From NCBI RefSeq assembly GCF_022539665.2, contig NC_081331.1:434001-498000 (forward strand): DNA of 64,000 nt. The letters run 5' to 3'. The notes under the pieces were generated by a model. It had not been told where the DNA came from, did no database searches, and worked only from the letters and a program-made list of their open reading frames with translations. Both the position numbers and the translations under genes were made by a program. The number at the start of each line of letters is the position of its first letter. The stretch's first letter is position 1. Below are positions 50,324 through 63,600 of the stretch, piece after piece. This stretch comes from Daphnia carinata (lineage: Eukaryota).

Positions 50324-51735
50324 TCAGGGAAAGTTGTTGCCACCGTGCTGGAACACGAAATCTTTATTCCTTCCAAGGTTAGTCTTAAACAATTTATCTG
50401 GCGATGAGGACAACATTAAAGTTGAGGTTTTCACATTGCTGTTATTGGGATTACAACTAATGCTTTCACCAGGTGATGAGGAAGATGATGTCGAGGGCGT
50501 ACCTGATGTTATTGGACATACTGAGCATCCAGGCAAACAAACGTGCTGGAACGGATGCTGGCTAGGCGGCCTGTAATGGCTAGGGAAAAGCCAAGGGTAC
50601 GAATGTGGATTGCTGGCCGCAGCAGCGGCTGCGGCCGCAAAATAAGCCGACGGGTGCAAAAACGACATCATTCCTGCAGCCGAAGGATAAGGTGACATCA
50701 TTCTCAAAGCTGAAGGATATGCCATTGATGTTGATGAAGATACAGACATCGAATGTCCGTACTGCGAACGACTGGGCGATGATGTGGTCGGGAGTAAGGA
50801 TGTCGTTGGCATGAAGGCGGATTTATTCGAGCCGCTTGTTGTCATTGAATAATTACTTCCACTATTATTGGCCTTACTTGAAGTCATAGTTCCATCATCG
50901 ACATTATTCATCGTCATAATATCTGAAGAAGACGATTGATGGTTCGGTTGATGGCCAACTAACTGCTGGACAGCTTTAGCGACGTCCCCACCACAACTCT
51001 CCAGTGCACTTTCTACTGCATTTTTCGGATGAAACGGGAAAACTCTGGTCAGCATGTCAAGTGATCCGTGATGCTGAAGAACACGTTCCTTATTGGGCCC
51101 AGCTGGCGACTCGGTGATTGCAGGATCGTCGTTATTGTTCAATGCTAAATTCAGAACTTTTTCTACCGTTCGCTGTTGATCTTCTTGGCCGATGGCTTGC
51201 AGTTCCTCCTCATCTGAACCTTTTGAATTCAAAATGTATTTCCATTCAATTATGTGACTGAGAAATGTGTAATCAAAATAATTACCAGAATTGTACATGG
51301 ATTCGTCAAGTGGATCGTCCTTCTTGGGTGAATCACGGCCTCCAAATATGGGCCCAGGTGGCAAGAAAGGCATCCGGGTTCCAGTGGCGACAGAGCGCAA
51401 TCCAAGAGCGATAGCATCTTCGGTAGCTTGTTGCCGTTTCAGTGCTACCTATATTCACGCAAAATTAAACATTTGATTCATTTAAACGAAAGGGGTTGGT
51501 ATTAGAGTCATACCTGAGCGGCCATGACTCGTTGTCGCTCTGCAATTAAATTGCACTTGACACAGAGGCAGTCCTTGAACCGGCAGTGACGTTTGTGGCC
51601 TTTGAGCCAAGAGATGACTCCGTGATTGCGACATCGGGCGCATTTCGGTCGACGAAGAGCTGCTCCGCCGTTACTACATGATGCAGACCCATTGCTGATG
51701 GACATTGCTGATTTACTGTTGCTGCTCGTTTCCAT
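50324..51735 (-). CDS. dmrt93B: DM-domain transcription factor of the Dmrt93B class (~426 aa; alternative in-frame ATG at 51771)
   Basis: Exons 51735-51514, 51448-51286, 51219-50324. DM domain [54 protein letters not shown], then EDAIALGL...LPPGPIFG typical of Dmrt93B, and DMA domain LDMLTRVFP...[15 protein letters not shown]. Confidence 0.88.
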
Positions 51736-53414
51736 CTCAAAAACTGAACCACATCTAAAGGGTAATGACATAAAATACTTCTCCTTTTAAACCCTCGTGC
51801 TTTAAGCTCTCGACGTCCAACACCTTCGCTTGGCATAAGGAAGCGTGTGTCTTGTGTGGGAAGCAGCATCCAGCTGAAATCTCACTGGCTGCCGGCCGAA
51901 ACCCAACAACTGTGATTGGTCCAGCATTTGTGTTGTCCCTTTACACCATGTGTCCATGTCCTCCAATCCTGGAAGTATATAGGCGAAAAATGAGCCAATA
52001 GTTGCAGTCTATGATACCGTAAATCACAATAATTCATACAAGGATTAAATCCTAAAAATTATACTTAATGAGAGTGATTAGACAAGTATACAATAGTTGA
52101 AATAAACTATAGAATAATTCAAATAAAATGTATTCCTTATGCGAGTAAAGCCAAATTTAATCAAGGGTATAGAACCTCACACAAATGTACTGTTCATTGA
52201 TCCATTAATAAAGTAAATTAGAATATTTGGTTTCTACTTTGTTGTTCTGAAATTGTGTGTTTTCATGGCCTGACTTCGTGAGTTGCTTCTATTCTTTTTG
52301 TCTAGGATTAAATAAGATTTTTAAAATTCTTGCTGATGTTAAGACAGATGTGTGTACGTTACATCTGTCAAATACATATAGACTACACACATTTTCGTTA
52401 AAGTGTACGAATGGACAGTAGTTGCTGTGTATATGAATACAGCCTTTACTACACGCATACTGTTGTAAAAAGGAAAAGAGTTTGTCTCTCTTTGCCTGTG
52501 TGTTTACTGTGTATATACGAATCGCTCGTCCAAACTCGTCAGCTTGTGGGAAAAAGCTTTTAGCGGACTGACGGCAGTAATGTCGTGATGTGATTGACAC
52601 GGACCGCGGTCGCGAAGCTAAACTTGATACGACTACAACCAGTGGGGAGAAAGAAGCTATAGGAACAGTACCAGGATGGAAAGAATAAAGAAAGGAAAAA
52701 AAAGGGCTAATGACCACCCCTTGTATTTCTTGTGCTGTGTGTGTATATATACTAACGGCACTGTATTTGTTGTTGTTACAAATATAACCGGCCAACAGCG
52801 GGAGTCCGCCACATCAGGCTGACACGTACGTTAGCTTCTCTTTTTTCAAATCTCAGTCAATGTTTAGATGGGTTCACAATTCTATTTGCTTTTTTTTTTT
52901 TTGCCTTCATTATTTTTTTCCTTTTCTGTCTTGAGAAATCAACACAAACAGACGAGGTCGCAGTATGCCATTCAGCTCGAAAAAACAAGTGCGAGACTTG
53001 TGCCGTAGTCCAGCTTTTCCACGAACTTTGTTCCTATGGTGATAGAACCTTTATTTAAAATGAATGTCTTAATATGAACTGATTAGATACAAAACCTATT
53101 CCTTATTGACGAATAGATAGGGTATAACTTTCTTATCGAACTATTTTGAACATTAATGGGTGTAAAATAGGAACATTTTTTAATAACTGGCAATGTCGTG
53201 TTTCATTGCAAAACCTCCAGACGTCATTCTATCAGTTCTGTCTTCGGTGATCCATTTACAGAAAGTCTAACACGTGAAAGTAATTTGTGACGTTACTGTC
53301 ATGTCAGTTTGGCAAAGTGATTGAAAAGCCAAATAATAGGCAGTTGATCGACAGGAAAAATCGCCTAATTCATTATTATTATTTCTTTTCACAAGCATTT
53401 CGAGCCAATCTGAA

Positions 53415-55854
53415 ATGGATAAAGCCGATGAGCCTATCGACGTCATTCCCGTCACGAGTTTAGATGACGAACAACAAAAAATCCAGAAAGGCAAAAATGA
53501 AGACTATGACAGCCCTCAACATTTAGTCGTTGAATCAGCCGAAGTGGCGAATGCAAATGATGCCTTCTCCCCTGCTCCTCAACTTGAAAGTTCCCTTAAT
53601 GAATCAGCAAATGATAGTTATGTACAAGTGGAAGGGCTTTTAAAGTTGCCACAACTAGAGAGCACAAGGCTTAGCATGACAGATGCAGATTTGAGCAAAA
53701 TTCAATCAGAGACTGGAGACTCACAAAATCCTTTAAATGCTGGCTTTGTAAAACCTAACTTTGATAATCAGTCTTCCTCAAAATTGGATTCAAATGAAAT
53801 TTCTGTGTTTGCAGAGGATTCTGATGCAGGTAGTTATTGTCTATACCTTAAAAGCTTTTTTAAAATCATCATTTGGTTATTTCTTTACAGGTTCTAACCA
53901 ACAAATTGAGTCAGAAGAAAATGTTCAGCTAACTTCAGGCATAGATTCAAATATGGAATGCCTCAATGAGTCTATAAATTCTGCTTCGGAAAGCCAAGGT
54001 TGAATTTCGAGTGCCTGATTGTGACCATATCTATATTTTGTTTCTTGTTTAGAACTCATTGACACAGACAAGCATGCTGAACCAAATGGCAATATTCTAC
54101 CACATGCCGACCATTCAGTTGTTGAACAACTGAACGATTCTGTATTTTCAGCTTCTGGCAATTGTGGTAAGAATTTTCCTTGAAGTCAATTTTAACAATG
54201 ATGACAGCCGTTGGTTTTTCCGCTGAACTCTTTCAGAACCAAATCAGCATGTAGAGCCCGATGACAACAGCTCGTCTCTTCCGAATGGGGAATCGAAGGT
54301 GGAAGTTTTGATGAATTGCTTGACGGCCGCTACCGTAAACCAGGGTAAGGACGTCTAAAATACATGTTAAAAATATTGTTACAAAAACTTGGCCTCGTAT
54401 TTAGAACCTACCAATGATGAGACGACCAAAAATGGAATACAAGAATCAGATGGCGATCCTGTAATCGAATCTTTGAATGAAACGCCAATGTTAGATGCCA
54501 AAGGTGAGGATTCAGGTGACCATTCCCATAATTACAACGAACTAAAAGGTTACCTTTTATGGTTTAGCGCCTCTAAATGACGAAAAACACACAGCTATAG
54601 AAAGGGAACCTGTGGCTGCAGAACGTACTTCTGTGGAGATCCATTTGAATGATGAAACAATTAGTTCAGACCCAGAGGTTGAACAACTTATGAAACTGCC
54701 TGAAACAGTAACGCAACTTACCAGCAAAGATGGAGTCAAAGTGTTTTTGGTTGGCACAGCCCATTTTAGTCAAGAAAGTCAGGAAGATGTTGCCAAGGTA
54801 AACGTTTATTGTTACATCAATCCATCGGTTAAATGACAATTCATCTCTTTGCAGACTATCCTCATGACACGGCCTCGAGTGGTTGTTGTAGAACTCTGCG
54901 TTTCTCGCCTCAATATCCTTCGCTTTGACGAGCAAACCATACTGGAAGAGGCAAAGAACCTCAATATGGGTAATCAAAAATTATTATTGATAAAGTAGAC
55001 CCATAATACTTCAAATGAACGCTTTGTCTTTTAGAGAAAGTGCGTTCGACCATCAAGCAATATGGAGCTGTGCAAGGCGCCTTATATCTTCTCTTCCTTT
55101 CTACGTCGGCCCATTTAACTCGTCAGTTGGGGATGGCTCCTGGTGGTGAATTTCGTCGGGCCTATCACGAAGCACGTAATGTTCATGGCTGTCGGATTCA
55201 CTTGGGTGATCGACCGATCCATGTGACACTCCACCGTGCCCTAGCTGCTTTATCACTGTGGCAGAAAGCTAAATTAGTATGGCACCTACTTCTCAATAGA
55301 GGACCAATCAGCGCCGAGGAAGTGGAACGCTGCAAGCAAAAGGACCTGCTGGAGGAGATGCTGGAGGAGATGACGGGCGAGTTCCCTCCGTTGAGTCGCG
55401 TTTTCGTCCAAGAAAGAGATCTTTGCTTGGCACATTCAATGCAACTTGCCGCCGCCGATGCCGCGTCCGAGGCGCGTTCCAACGGACAATTGAACGAGCC
55501 ACCCACAGTGGTCGGTGTTGTTGGCATTGGTCATGTGGCTGGCATTTCACGTTACTTTGAAAAAGTTAGTGAGAGCGATGTCAAGAAAGTCATGAGGTAA
55601 TTAACTAGTTTATTTTCCCTCAGCATACGCTACACAATATTTGTTTATTTTTAACCTTTACTGAAATTTTTCGAATAATTTTATTTAGTATACCGCCACA
55701 GACGATGGCAAGTCGCGTATTCGTTGTTTCCTTCAAGTTGTCTGTTTTGGGCCTCGCTTGCTACGGATGTTACAAAGTCATCCCTAAAGTCCTCCCTTCC
55801 CGTTTAAGCGGCATTGATTTATCTTCTCTTCGCCAATACATCTTTTCGCGTTAG
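53415..55854 (+). CDS. TRABD: TraB domain-containing protein with a long acidic N-terminus and a C-terminal hydrophobic anchor
   Basis: Exons 53415-53829, 53891-53998, 54053-54166, 54237-54344, 54405-54503 (or 54515), 54568-54797, 54855-54969, 55035-55596, 55689-55854. Motifs VFLVGTAHFSQES, VVVELC, PGGEFRRA, GDRPIHVTL, VQERD, VVGVVGIGHVAGI. Confidence 0.88.
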
Positions 55855-55983
55855 GACCTAAATCTATTTTCAGGTGTGAAATTATACAAAAGTTTGCATG
55901 GTTTAACAATATTCTAAAATAAATTATATTATCTTCAGAATTTTAGCCGATTTCTAAAAGGAGTCATCGTTTGGTATTCGGCA

Positions 55984-56784
55984 ATGGAAATCGAAGTAGA
56001 AATGCGAGATGATTACGAGCATGAAGATAAGAACTTGTTATACACTCCCGTGAATATTCCTGGTAGTGGTGTTGATGACGTCATTTTTGCAGAACAGTTC
56101 GAAGGATGTGCGTGCTGTGGAACTTGTGTTGACACCAACTGTGGTTGTATTCGAGGTGGAACGCCATTTTACTATTCCGGTTGTGGTTTGGCGGATCCAG
56201 ACATTCCTCCTAATTTGATTTATGAGTGTCATGTTAATTGTCAGTGTGACTCCAAGTGCTCCAACCGTCTGGTTCAAAAGGGGCCACACATTGGGCTATC
56301 GTTGATGGATGCAGGCCCAAAAGGGATTGGCTTATGGTGCGAAATGGATTTGCCGAAAGGAGCGTTCGTCTGTGAATACGCCGGAGAGGTAATAGGAGCA
56401 GAAGAGGCTCGGCGGCGCTACGCCAAACAGAAAAGTCTTGGTCTCCGTAATTATATCTTTGCCTTGCGAGAACATTTTGGGAAAGAAACCTCACCAGTCC
56501 TAACGTATATCGACCCTTCCTGCATCGGTAACATAGGACGTTATATCAATCATTCTTGCGATCCCAATCTACTGATTGTGCCTGTTCGCACGGACACAGT
56601 TGTTCCGAAAATTTGCCTCTTTGCCCGACGAAACATTACCGCCTATACGGAATTAACGTTCGATTATGGTGGAGGTGCGGAACCTATCCAGGGGGTGCCG
56701 GATGGATGGAGCGAAGGGACTGTCTGTCGCTGTATGGCGTCTGTATGTCGCCGCCTTTTGCCTTTTGATTATTCTTTAGGCTAA
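55984..56784 (+). CDS. SETMAR-like histone-lysine methyltransferase (pre-SET, SET, post-SET; no transposase), single coding exon
   Basis: 266-aa ORF with Cys-rich pre-SET (GCACCGTC...ECHVNCQC...CSNRLVQ), KGIGL, FVCEYAGEVI, RYINHSCDPN, ELTFDYG and post-SET CRCMASVCRRLLP. Confidence 0.88.
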   Translation: MEIEVEMRDDYEHEDKNLLYTPVNIPGSGVDDVIFAEQFEGCACCGTCVDTNCGCIRGGTPFYYSGCGLADPDIPPNLIYECHVNCQCDSKCSNRLVQKGPHIGLSLMDAGPKGIGLWCEMDLPKGAFVCEYAGEVIGAEEARRRYAKQKSLGLRNYIFALREHFGKETSPVLTYIDPSCIGNIGRYINHSCDPNLLIVPVRTDTVVPKICLFARRNITAYTELTFDYGGGAEPIQGVPDGWSEGTVCRCMASVCRRLLPFDYSLG

Positions 56785-57423
56785 CGCCTTGATACATTTT
56801 CGGTTTTCCTTTTTCGTCTAAATTACCTTTTTAATCCACATGTTTCTATATGCTTTATTAATTAATATAATATAATTTAATGTTGGAAATGTCCGTATAC
56901 AATGTGGGTTTCAAATACAATTTCATTGTCACTTAGCGAATTTTCTATCGTTAGATGGCGAAAAGGTATTATTTTGATTTTTAAATCTGGGAATTCGTCT
57001 GCTGCTAGGCAGACGAAATACGAAAGTCACATGAAGGTCAGATTCAGTCAAATAATAAAAATATGTGAATCGGGTCACTTTGAGAAGACAGTGTTCTAGT
57101 CAGAGGGCGTTAAACAGTTCTCGAAGGACATTAGGATTGAAATCGTCGTCAGGTAAGACAATCTCCAGATATTTACATTATCGATGTTTAAATACTATGT
57201 TACTGAACACTAGTGAAGCAAAGAAGATATTTTAGGGCACTGTATCTGTTGATCAAGAGGTAGATTACGTACAGATGGCATATGTACATAATCTCTAGAC
57301 TATGCCAATTCTCTCAAATCAGGTTTTCTGAGATGGAAAAGGGTGGTTTCATTCCCGTCTGTTAGATTTGGTTTGGTATAGTAAAGAAAGCTTTGACAAT
57401 TGATGGTCCTTAAAATAGGTGGC

Positions 57424-59232
57424 TCATGCTGTGGCCCTGTCACCGTATAAAAAGTCCTCTTCAAAGTAATTTTCAAATGCCATGACAGTCGCTAATGTTC
57501 CTGTGGCGAAAGCTCCAAAAGACAACAGAATGAGGAAAATATTTTTGCTCAATCTGAACCAGCTCATTTTGTTCCAGAAGGTGATGATATCCAAAGTTGG
57601 TGGGAAGAGAAGGCACAGAAAAGTACATGTAAGAGCTCCAGCTAGTGACATCAGCAAATCTAAATTTTCTGTGATCAAAGCCACCAACACTGTCAATTTT
57701 TGCAGGGGCGTCAGTAAGTTCTACGTTAGGGTTTTGCTTTATTCCTGCTTGCCTACCGCTTGCGATGAAGATCAAAGCTCGGATTCCAATCTTTGCAGAC
57801 AACCTGATTCCCTTTTTCTTGCAGCACCTGTCGATGGTTGGTTCAGTAATCTCAAAGGCGGCATGCAATTGATTACCGTAATTAATCAAGAGTGCAATAA
57901 TCAAACCAATTTTGACTACTTGACACACACTGTTGAAAAGAGTTATGTTAGATTTCCTCCCCTTTAGTACTGGTTAAAGATATATTACTTACATTTCATC
58001 TTTGGGCAAATTCATGGTAATGCTGGGATAAGTGTCTTCTCCGTATTTTAGATAGCCGTAGAAGCCAAGGGTAAAGTAAAGGCAACCGATAAAAACCATT
58101 CCCGTATTGAGGACTCCGTTCCATTTTCGAAAGTGTCTCGTTGTTCGCATATTGTCATGTAAGGGCAGAACTTGAGTGACGCCCTCGAAAGCGAAAATCA
58201 CTGTTCCATAATAAAGTAGTAAATGAGTAGCTACAGAAAATGCTGGCCGCTCGTCTACATGCGGCAAGTCCTCCTTGAAGATGTAAATGAAGAGCACTAC
58301 CAAGCTGATAGCTTTGATGCTGCTCGCCAGGTAGGACAAGCTGTGCAAATGCTCGTGATTTCTGATGCAAGCCATCGCAAGAGCGGGAATGCTCATTACA
58401 GCGGTCCAGTGCCTTATTGTCCAATCTAACTCTGGGCAGTAATAGCTTACCAACTAACAAATAGTAAAGATTTATAACAAATTCGTGCGCAAACTCGATC
58501 ATGTTTTTTACCTGTCGTAAATAGTACCCAGCGAATAGGATAAATACCGAGCAGAATGCCACCTCCTTGATGAAACAGGATATTTTTACGGTGCGCCTAT
58601 GAGACAATCACTGTAAATTTTCACAACTGATACTTAGTTTGTAAAGATTTATCACTTCGCGATAGTAGCGTATTTCGCCATTTTTGGGGGTCCGGTAAGA
58701 CAGGCAGTTTCAATCACTTGAGAATAGTCCATGGCCATATCTGGATCGCCACATCGTGATTTTAAGACTTCTGTGCATTTCACAAGCATGTGCATGCAAT
58801 GGATGGAGAAAAGGGCCATCAGAGGGACTCCGATGGATCCGCCCACCAGACCAGCGTCTTTGAATGCGGCTGGTATAGCGAACAGTCCAGCTCCCAAATT
58901 ACCTTTGATCAGGTACAATAACGTTCGCCCTGTCCTATTAAGGAAACAGATCAAGGTTAGCAACATTCGCAGTCCAAATGGTCCAAAGAAGTGTATTAAA
59001 AAAATTACGATAGAGTGTTGGAATAGTGACTTCTTGAAGAAACGCTTCTTTCCAGAACAGGAGTGCTGCCGCAGTTGATACTCGTAGGCGTCCCTTGTGC
59101 TATATTAGATGTCTCGCTAGGATTGCTTGTGTCACCAGCATCATCTTTAATCTTGAAATCGAATGGAGAATCTTGCTTAACATTCTCTCCATTTTCGGCG
59201 ATGAGATCGATAGTGAAAACTGTCGATTTCAT
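57424..59232 (-). CDS. Proton-coupled amino acid transporter-like protein (SLC36/AAAP family)
   Basis: Exons 59232-59009, 58934-58656, 58596-58512, 58453-57993, 57929-57757, 57689-57424. Motifs LIKGNLGAGLFAIPAAFKDAGL, HCMHMLVKC, YGTVIFAFEG, GVLNTGM, GFYGYLKYG, SITMNLP. Confidence 0.88.
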
Positions 59233-60654
59233 TTTGGATCCTTGAGAGCCAACTCGCGCATGAGAACATTAGCTTTTATACATTTCTGATTTGATGCAGC
59301 TTATCTATGTCATGTTAAAACCTGGGGTACAACTGCGTCATTTCAGGTGGGAACAAATCAAGGAAAGTCAGAAGAGCCAACGGCATTCAACAATTTACGC
59401 CATAAAACACCAATCCTAGTGCTTATACATATCCATTTTACAATAAAGGGGATGAATAGCGAGCAATGGATTTGTATATCAAGTGGAGCTCCACCAGTGA
59501 CATTTATAGGCTATGGTGAGATTAATGTTTCATATAATCACGTCATCAGTTGCAAGCGACCGTTTTACCTTGTTAGGTGCAATCTCGTAACGCAAACAAG
59601 AATTTAACAAACGCGCCCATTCCGACAAGCATTTTTGGCAGCAACAAGCAATTTTTATGCCTACCCGGTATTTCCTTCGACATTTTTTCTAAAAAAATGA
59701 TCGACATGCAAATTTCCTATGTATACTGTCTTTCTCGTTTATAACAGCTTTGTTTTCGATGCGTCTATTTTTATTAAAAAGTAGTTCTTCACTTGCCATT
59801 CGGCCGGGTCGGATGTCATTTCTGCACTTGAAAGTTAAGGTTATGTAGAGAAACGAGAGACGGCGAGGCGTTTTGCGACAGCAATGTAGGCAGTGAGCGT
59901 GAAGCGGACAGGTTTGTCGCATCAAGGTGACCTTTGGTTGTCAAGGCGACTGAGTGAATTTTTGTCTCATTCTCCGAAATTCACAAGACCGTAGAATATC
60001 GCCCCATGATGCTCGCATGGCTAATAAAGTGTACTTTGTTTGTCATCGAATACCGTAATGATGATGGTTTCTTACCTGGCTTCGTGTTGCTGTTTTCTAG
60101 TTTCTCGGTTGCCGAATTTGAAAAGAGAATCGGAGCTGCATCTAAGAATTGGATCTTTTTCCTCGGTGCAAACATGTCTGGTCATTTTGGCTGACGACTG
60201 TGTGTCTCTAGACGAGTTTCGGACAAGTTTGTTGTCGTCATTCAGCTAGCTATATAAAACGGTTTGATGCTTTTCATGCAGGAGTACAGTGATCGCTGCC
60301 TTCCAACTCAGTCCAGTTCTCCAGATTTAGGAACGTGGAATTTCCTACGATACATCGGCTCCTCTCTGCGCCAATTCGTATTCGGCAGGCCAAGTCGTCG
60401 TCGTTGTGAAAACATAATCGAAACCAACTCCGCCAGGTACTTTTAACGTGAGAACTAAATGAAATCTAGATGTATTAGTGCTCTCGAAGCTATAGACACT
60501 TGAAACAAACAACAGGGGATCATGCTTTATCAATTGTGTTATTGTGACGTACTCATTTACCTCGCTAAAACTAGTTAAGCTTGCAACTAATCTGACCAAA
60601 TATCAACTTTATTGACCACGTTATCCTTTTGAGAGTAGTAGCAAATCTACCATT

Positions 60655-63600
60655 ATGACGGTTGCGTCGGATAGATCAGAGAGGTCCGAGAAATCCATTG
60701 CAACAAATGGAAGTAATAGAACTGCGGGTCCTATTCAGACTCGCGTTTTGTCCCTTAACGACGGAGAAAACACGGAACACATTCTTTATCGATTGCAAAA
60801 AGGTAACATTTGCTTATAAAAATAAAATTGTTTGGTCTCTTAACTTCTTTATTTTTATTCTGAAGGCTGGAAGCTTCAATTCCGTCTCGGACCTTCATTG
60901 CTAGGCAGACGAATACGCCTATACGTGAATCATCCTATAGCTGATGAAGATGGGAACGTAGAACTGTTTGAACGCACGCAATATCGCCAGGTGGAATGGC
61001 AACATGATAGCCGCAACAAGGATGACGACACGGCTGTTTATGCTGATATTCTCACTATTGCTCCAGGATCTTATCACTATTACATGATTGACCATGAAAG
61101 GTTGGTTATTTATATTTTTTACATTCTTCTCTGTATTAAATATTTTGCCAATTAGCGAGGACCCGAAGCCGTGCGGTTCTGGTTATTTCCTTGTCGATCC
61201 CGTTCTCACTTACGGTTATGATGACGAGATGCTGCCAATCGACTGCATTCACTGTCAAACGGTCCTCACGAAATGTCTTGGTCCATTCAGCCAATGGGAA
61301 GATCGACTCAGGGTTGCCAAAGAATCTGGCTACAATCTCATTCATTTTACTCCCGTTCAGGTGAATTGCGTTCATTTAAATTGCATTAAACTCACCCGTT
61401 ATTCTGACATGTTGGGTTATTCTGTAGGAACTGGGCGGCTCCTTGTCGTGTTACTCGTTAAGGAATCAACTTCGTTTCAATCCCATGTTTTACGATGAAG
61501 GACGAGAATATTCTATGGAAGACGTGGCCAAATTGGTTAACAAGATGCGCAACGAATGGAAGGTGATTTTGATTGGCTTTAAGCAAGAAAATTTGCGTAC
61601 TAAAATGATCTAATTTCTTTAACAGATGCTCAGCATCTGCGACATTGTCTTGAACCATACTGCCAATGATAGTCCGTGGCTGCAAGAGCATCCGGAGAGC
61701 ACCTACAATCTCATTAACTCTCCCCACCTGCGTCCTGCCTACCTGCTCGATCGTCTTCTCCACCACTTGTCGGTTGATATTGGAAATGGTAAATACACCG
61801 ATAGAGGAATCGACACTAGCATCACATCCGAGGATCACATTGAGGTTTGTAATACTTAAATTTATCTTTCCAATTGATGTGCGTTATCGCCGAGTATTTA
61901 GGCTATTGGCCGCCTGCTGCGTGATCAACTTGTCCCGTCTCTTCTGCTGCATGAATTCTTCCTTGCCGATTTGGAAGCCCTCGTAACCGAATTCCTGGAA
62001 AGGATGGACGAACGTCTCGTTTTGGACGAAATCCATCCTCCATCAAAGCCCATTACATTGAAACTGATTCAGGATCCTCAGTACCGACGTTTCAAAACAA
62101 CGGTGGACATGGATACCGCTTTGGATTTGTACAATACTCCGAGGTTGGTCTGTCCGCTGACCTTCAGATTTCCGTACTTTAACTCCTAATTTCATAGGAG
62201 TGAAGCCTATGATGAAGACACTCGACGACGTATTAGCGCAGACAAATTCCGTTCGGCAATCGAGCAATTAAACGGCGCCAAATTTCACGAAATCGAGAGC
62301 CACTTATCGTCGGCCGTCAATAACGTCCTGGCTACTATGCGTTACGAAAGGCTTCAATGGGATGGCCCACAATTGAAACAAGTTTCCGTCCAGCAGCCTT
62401 TAGTTACACCGTATGATAATTCATTTTGTTTTGTATCATTTCAAATTAATTTGTACGTTACGTTCCAGGTACTTTTATCAAACGGCTTCGCACACTTTGG
62501 CGGAAGAGGAGGCGAATATGTTCACTCCTGATGCGGCGCTCATTATGGCTCATAATGGCTGGGTAATGAACGACGATCCGTTGCGTAACTTTGCCGAACA
62601 GAGCTCCAATGTCTACATCCGTCGTGAACTTATCGCATGGGGAGATAGCGTCAAACTGCGGTACAGAACTCGTTCAATTGTAGATTAGAGCTGATATCTT
62701 TATACTGTTTTAATTACCGCTGTCTTACCGTTTTGATTAATAACTATTAACAATGTGGACAACAACAATCATTGCAGGTACGGAGAACGGCCGGAAGACT
62801 CGCCGTACCTGTGGGAGCACATGCGCCAGTACACGGAGGAGACGGCCCGCGTCTTCCACGGCATACGTTTAGACAACTGTCATTCAACACCCATACATGT
62901 AGCTCAATATTTGCTGGATGCAGCCAGGAAAGTGCGTCCTGATCTCTACGTTATCGCGGAACTGTTCACCAATTCCGATCGCACGGATAACATTTTTGTT
63001 AATCGATTGGGCATTTCGTCCTTGATCCGCGGTATTTAGAAATTAATTATCATGAATTTTGATTTGCTTATTCTTCATTTTTACATATAGAGGGAATGTC
63101 GGCAGGCAATAGTCATGAGCTCGGCCGGCTTATTCATCGATTTGGCGGTGATCCTGTAGGAGCTTTCATCCAGCCTTTGGCTCGCCCTCTGCAACCATCC
63201 ATTGCCCATGCCATTTTGTTGGATCAATCCCACGATAATCCTTCGCCTGTTCAGAAACGTTCCGTCTATGATTTACTGCCCACTGCAGCGCTTATCAGCA
63301 TGGCGTCGTGCGCCACTGGAAGCAACCGCGGCTATGATGAACTTGTTCCTCATCATGTAAAATAGAGTTTATTTCCCTTTTTTATGTGAAAAAAGCAATG
63401 CTGAATCTGATTTGAATTTAGATTCACGTGGTGAAGGAAAATCGGTTTTACGCATCCACGAGTGAATTGCCTGGACCTTCGAGTACGCTGGATTACGGCA
63501 TCATAAAGGCCAAACGAGCCCTCAATGACATGCACCTGAAACTCGGCACCTCAGGCTATTCGCAAGTCTATGTCGATCAAATGACGCCCGATGTTGTAGC

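Noticed and set aside
55984..56784. Mariner transposase fusion as in primate SETMAR
   Set aside because: The ORF ends right after the post-SET domain, with no transposase sequence downstream.
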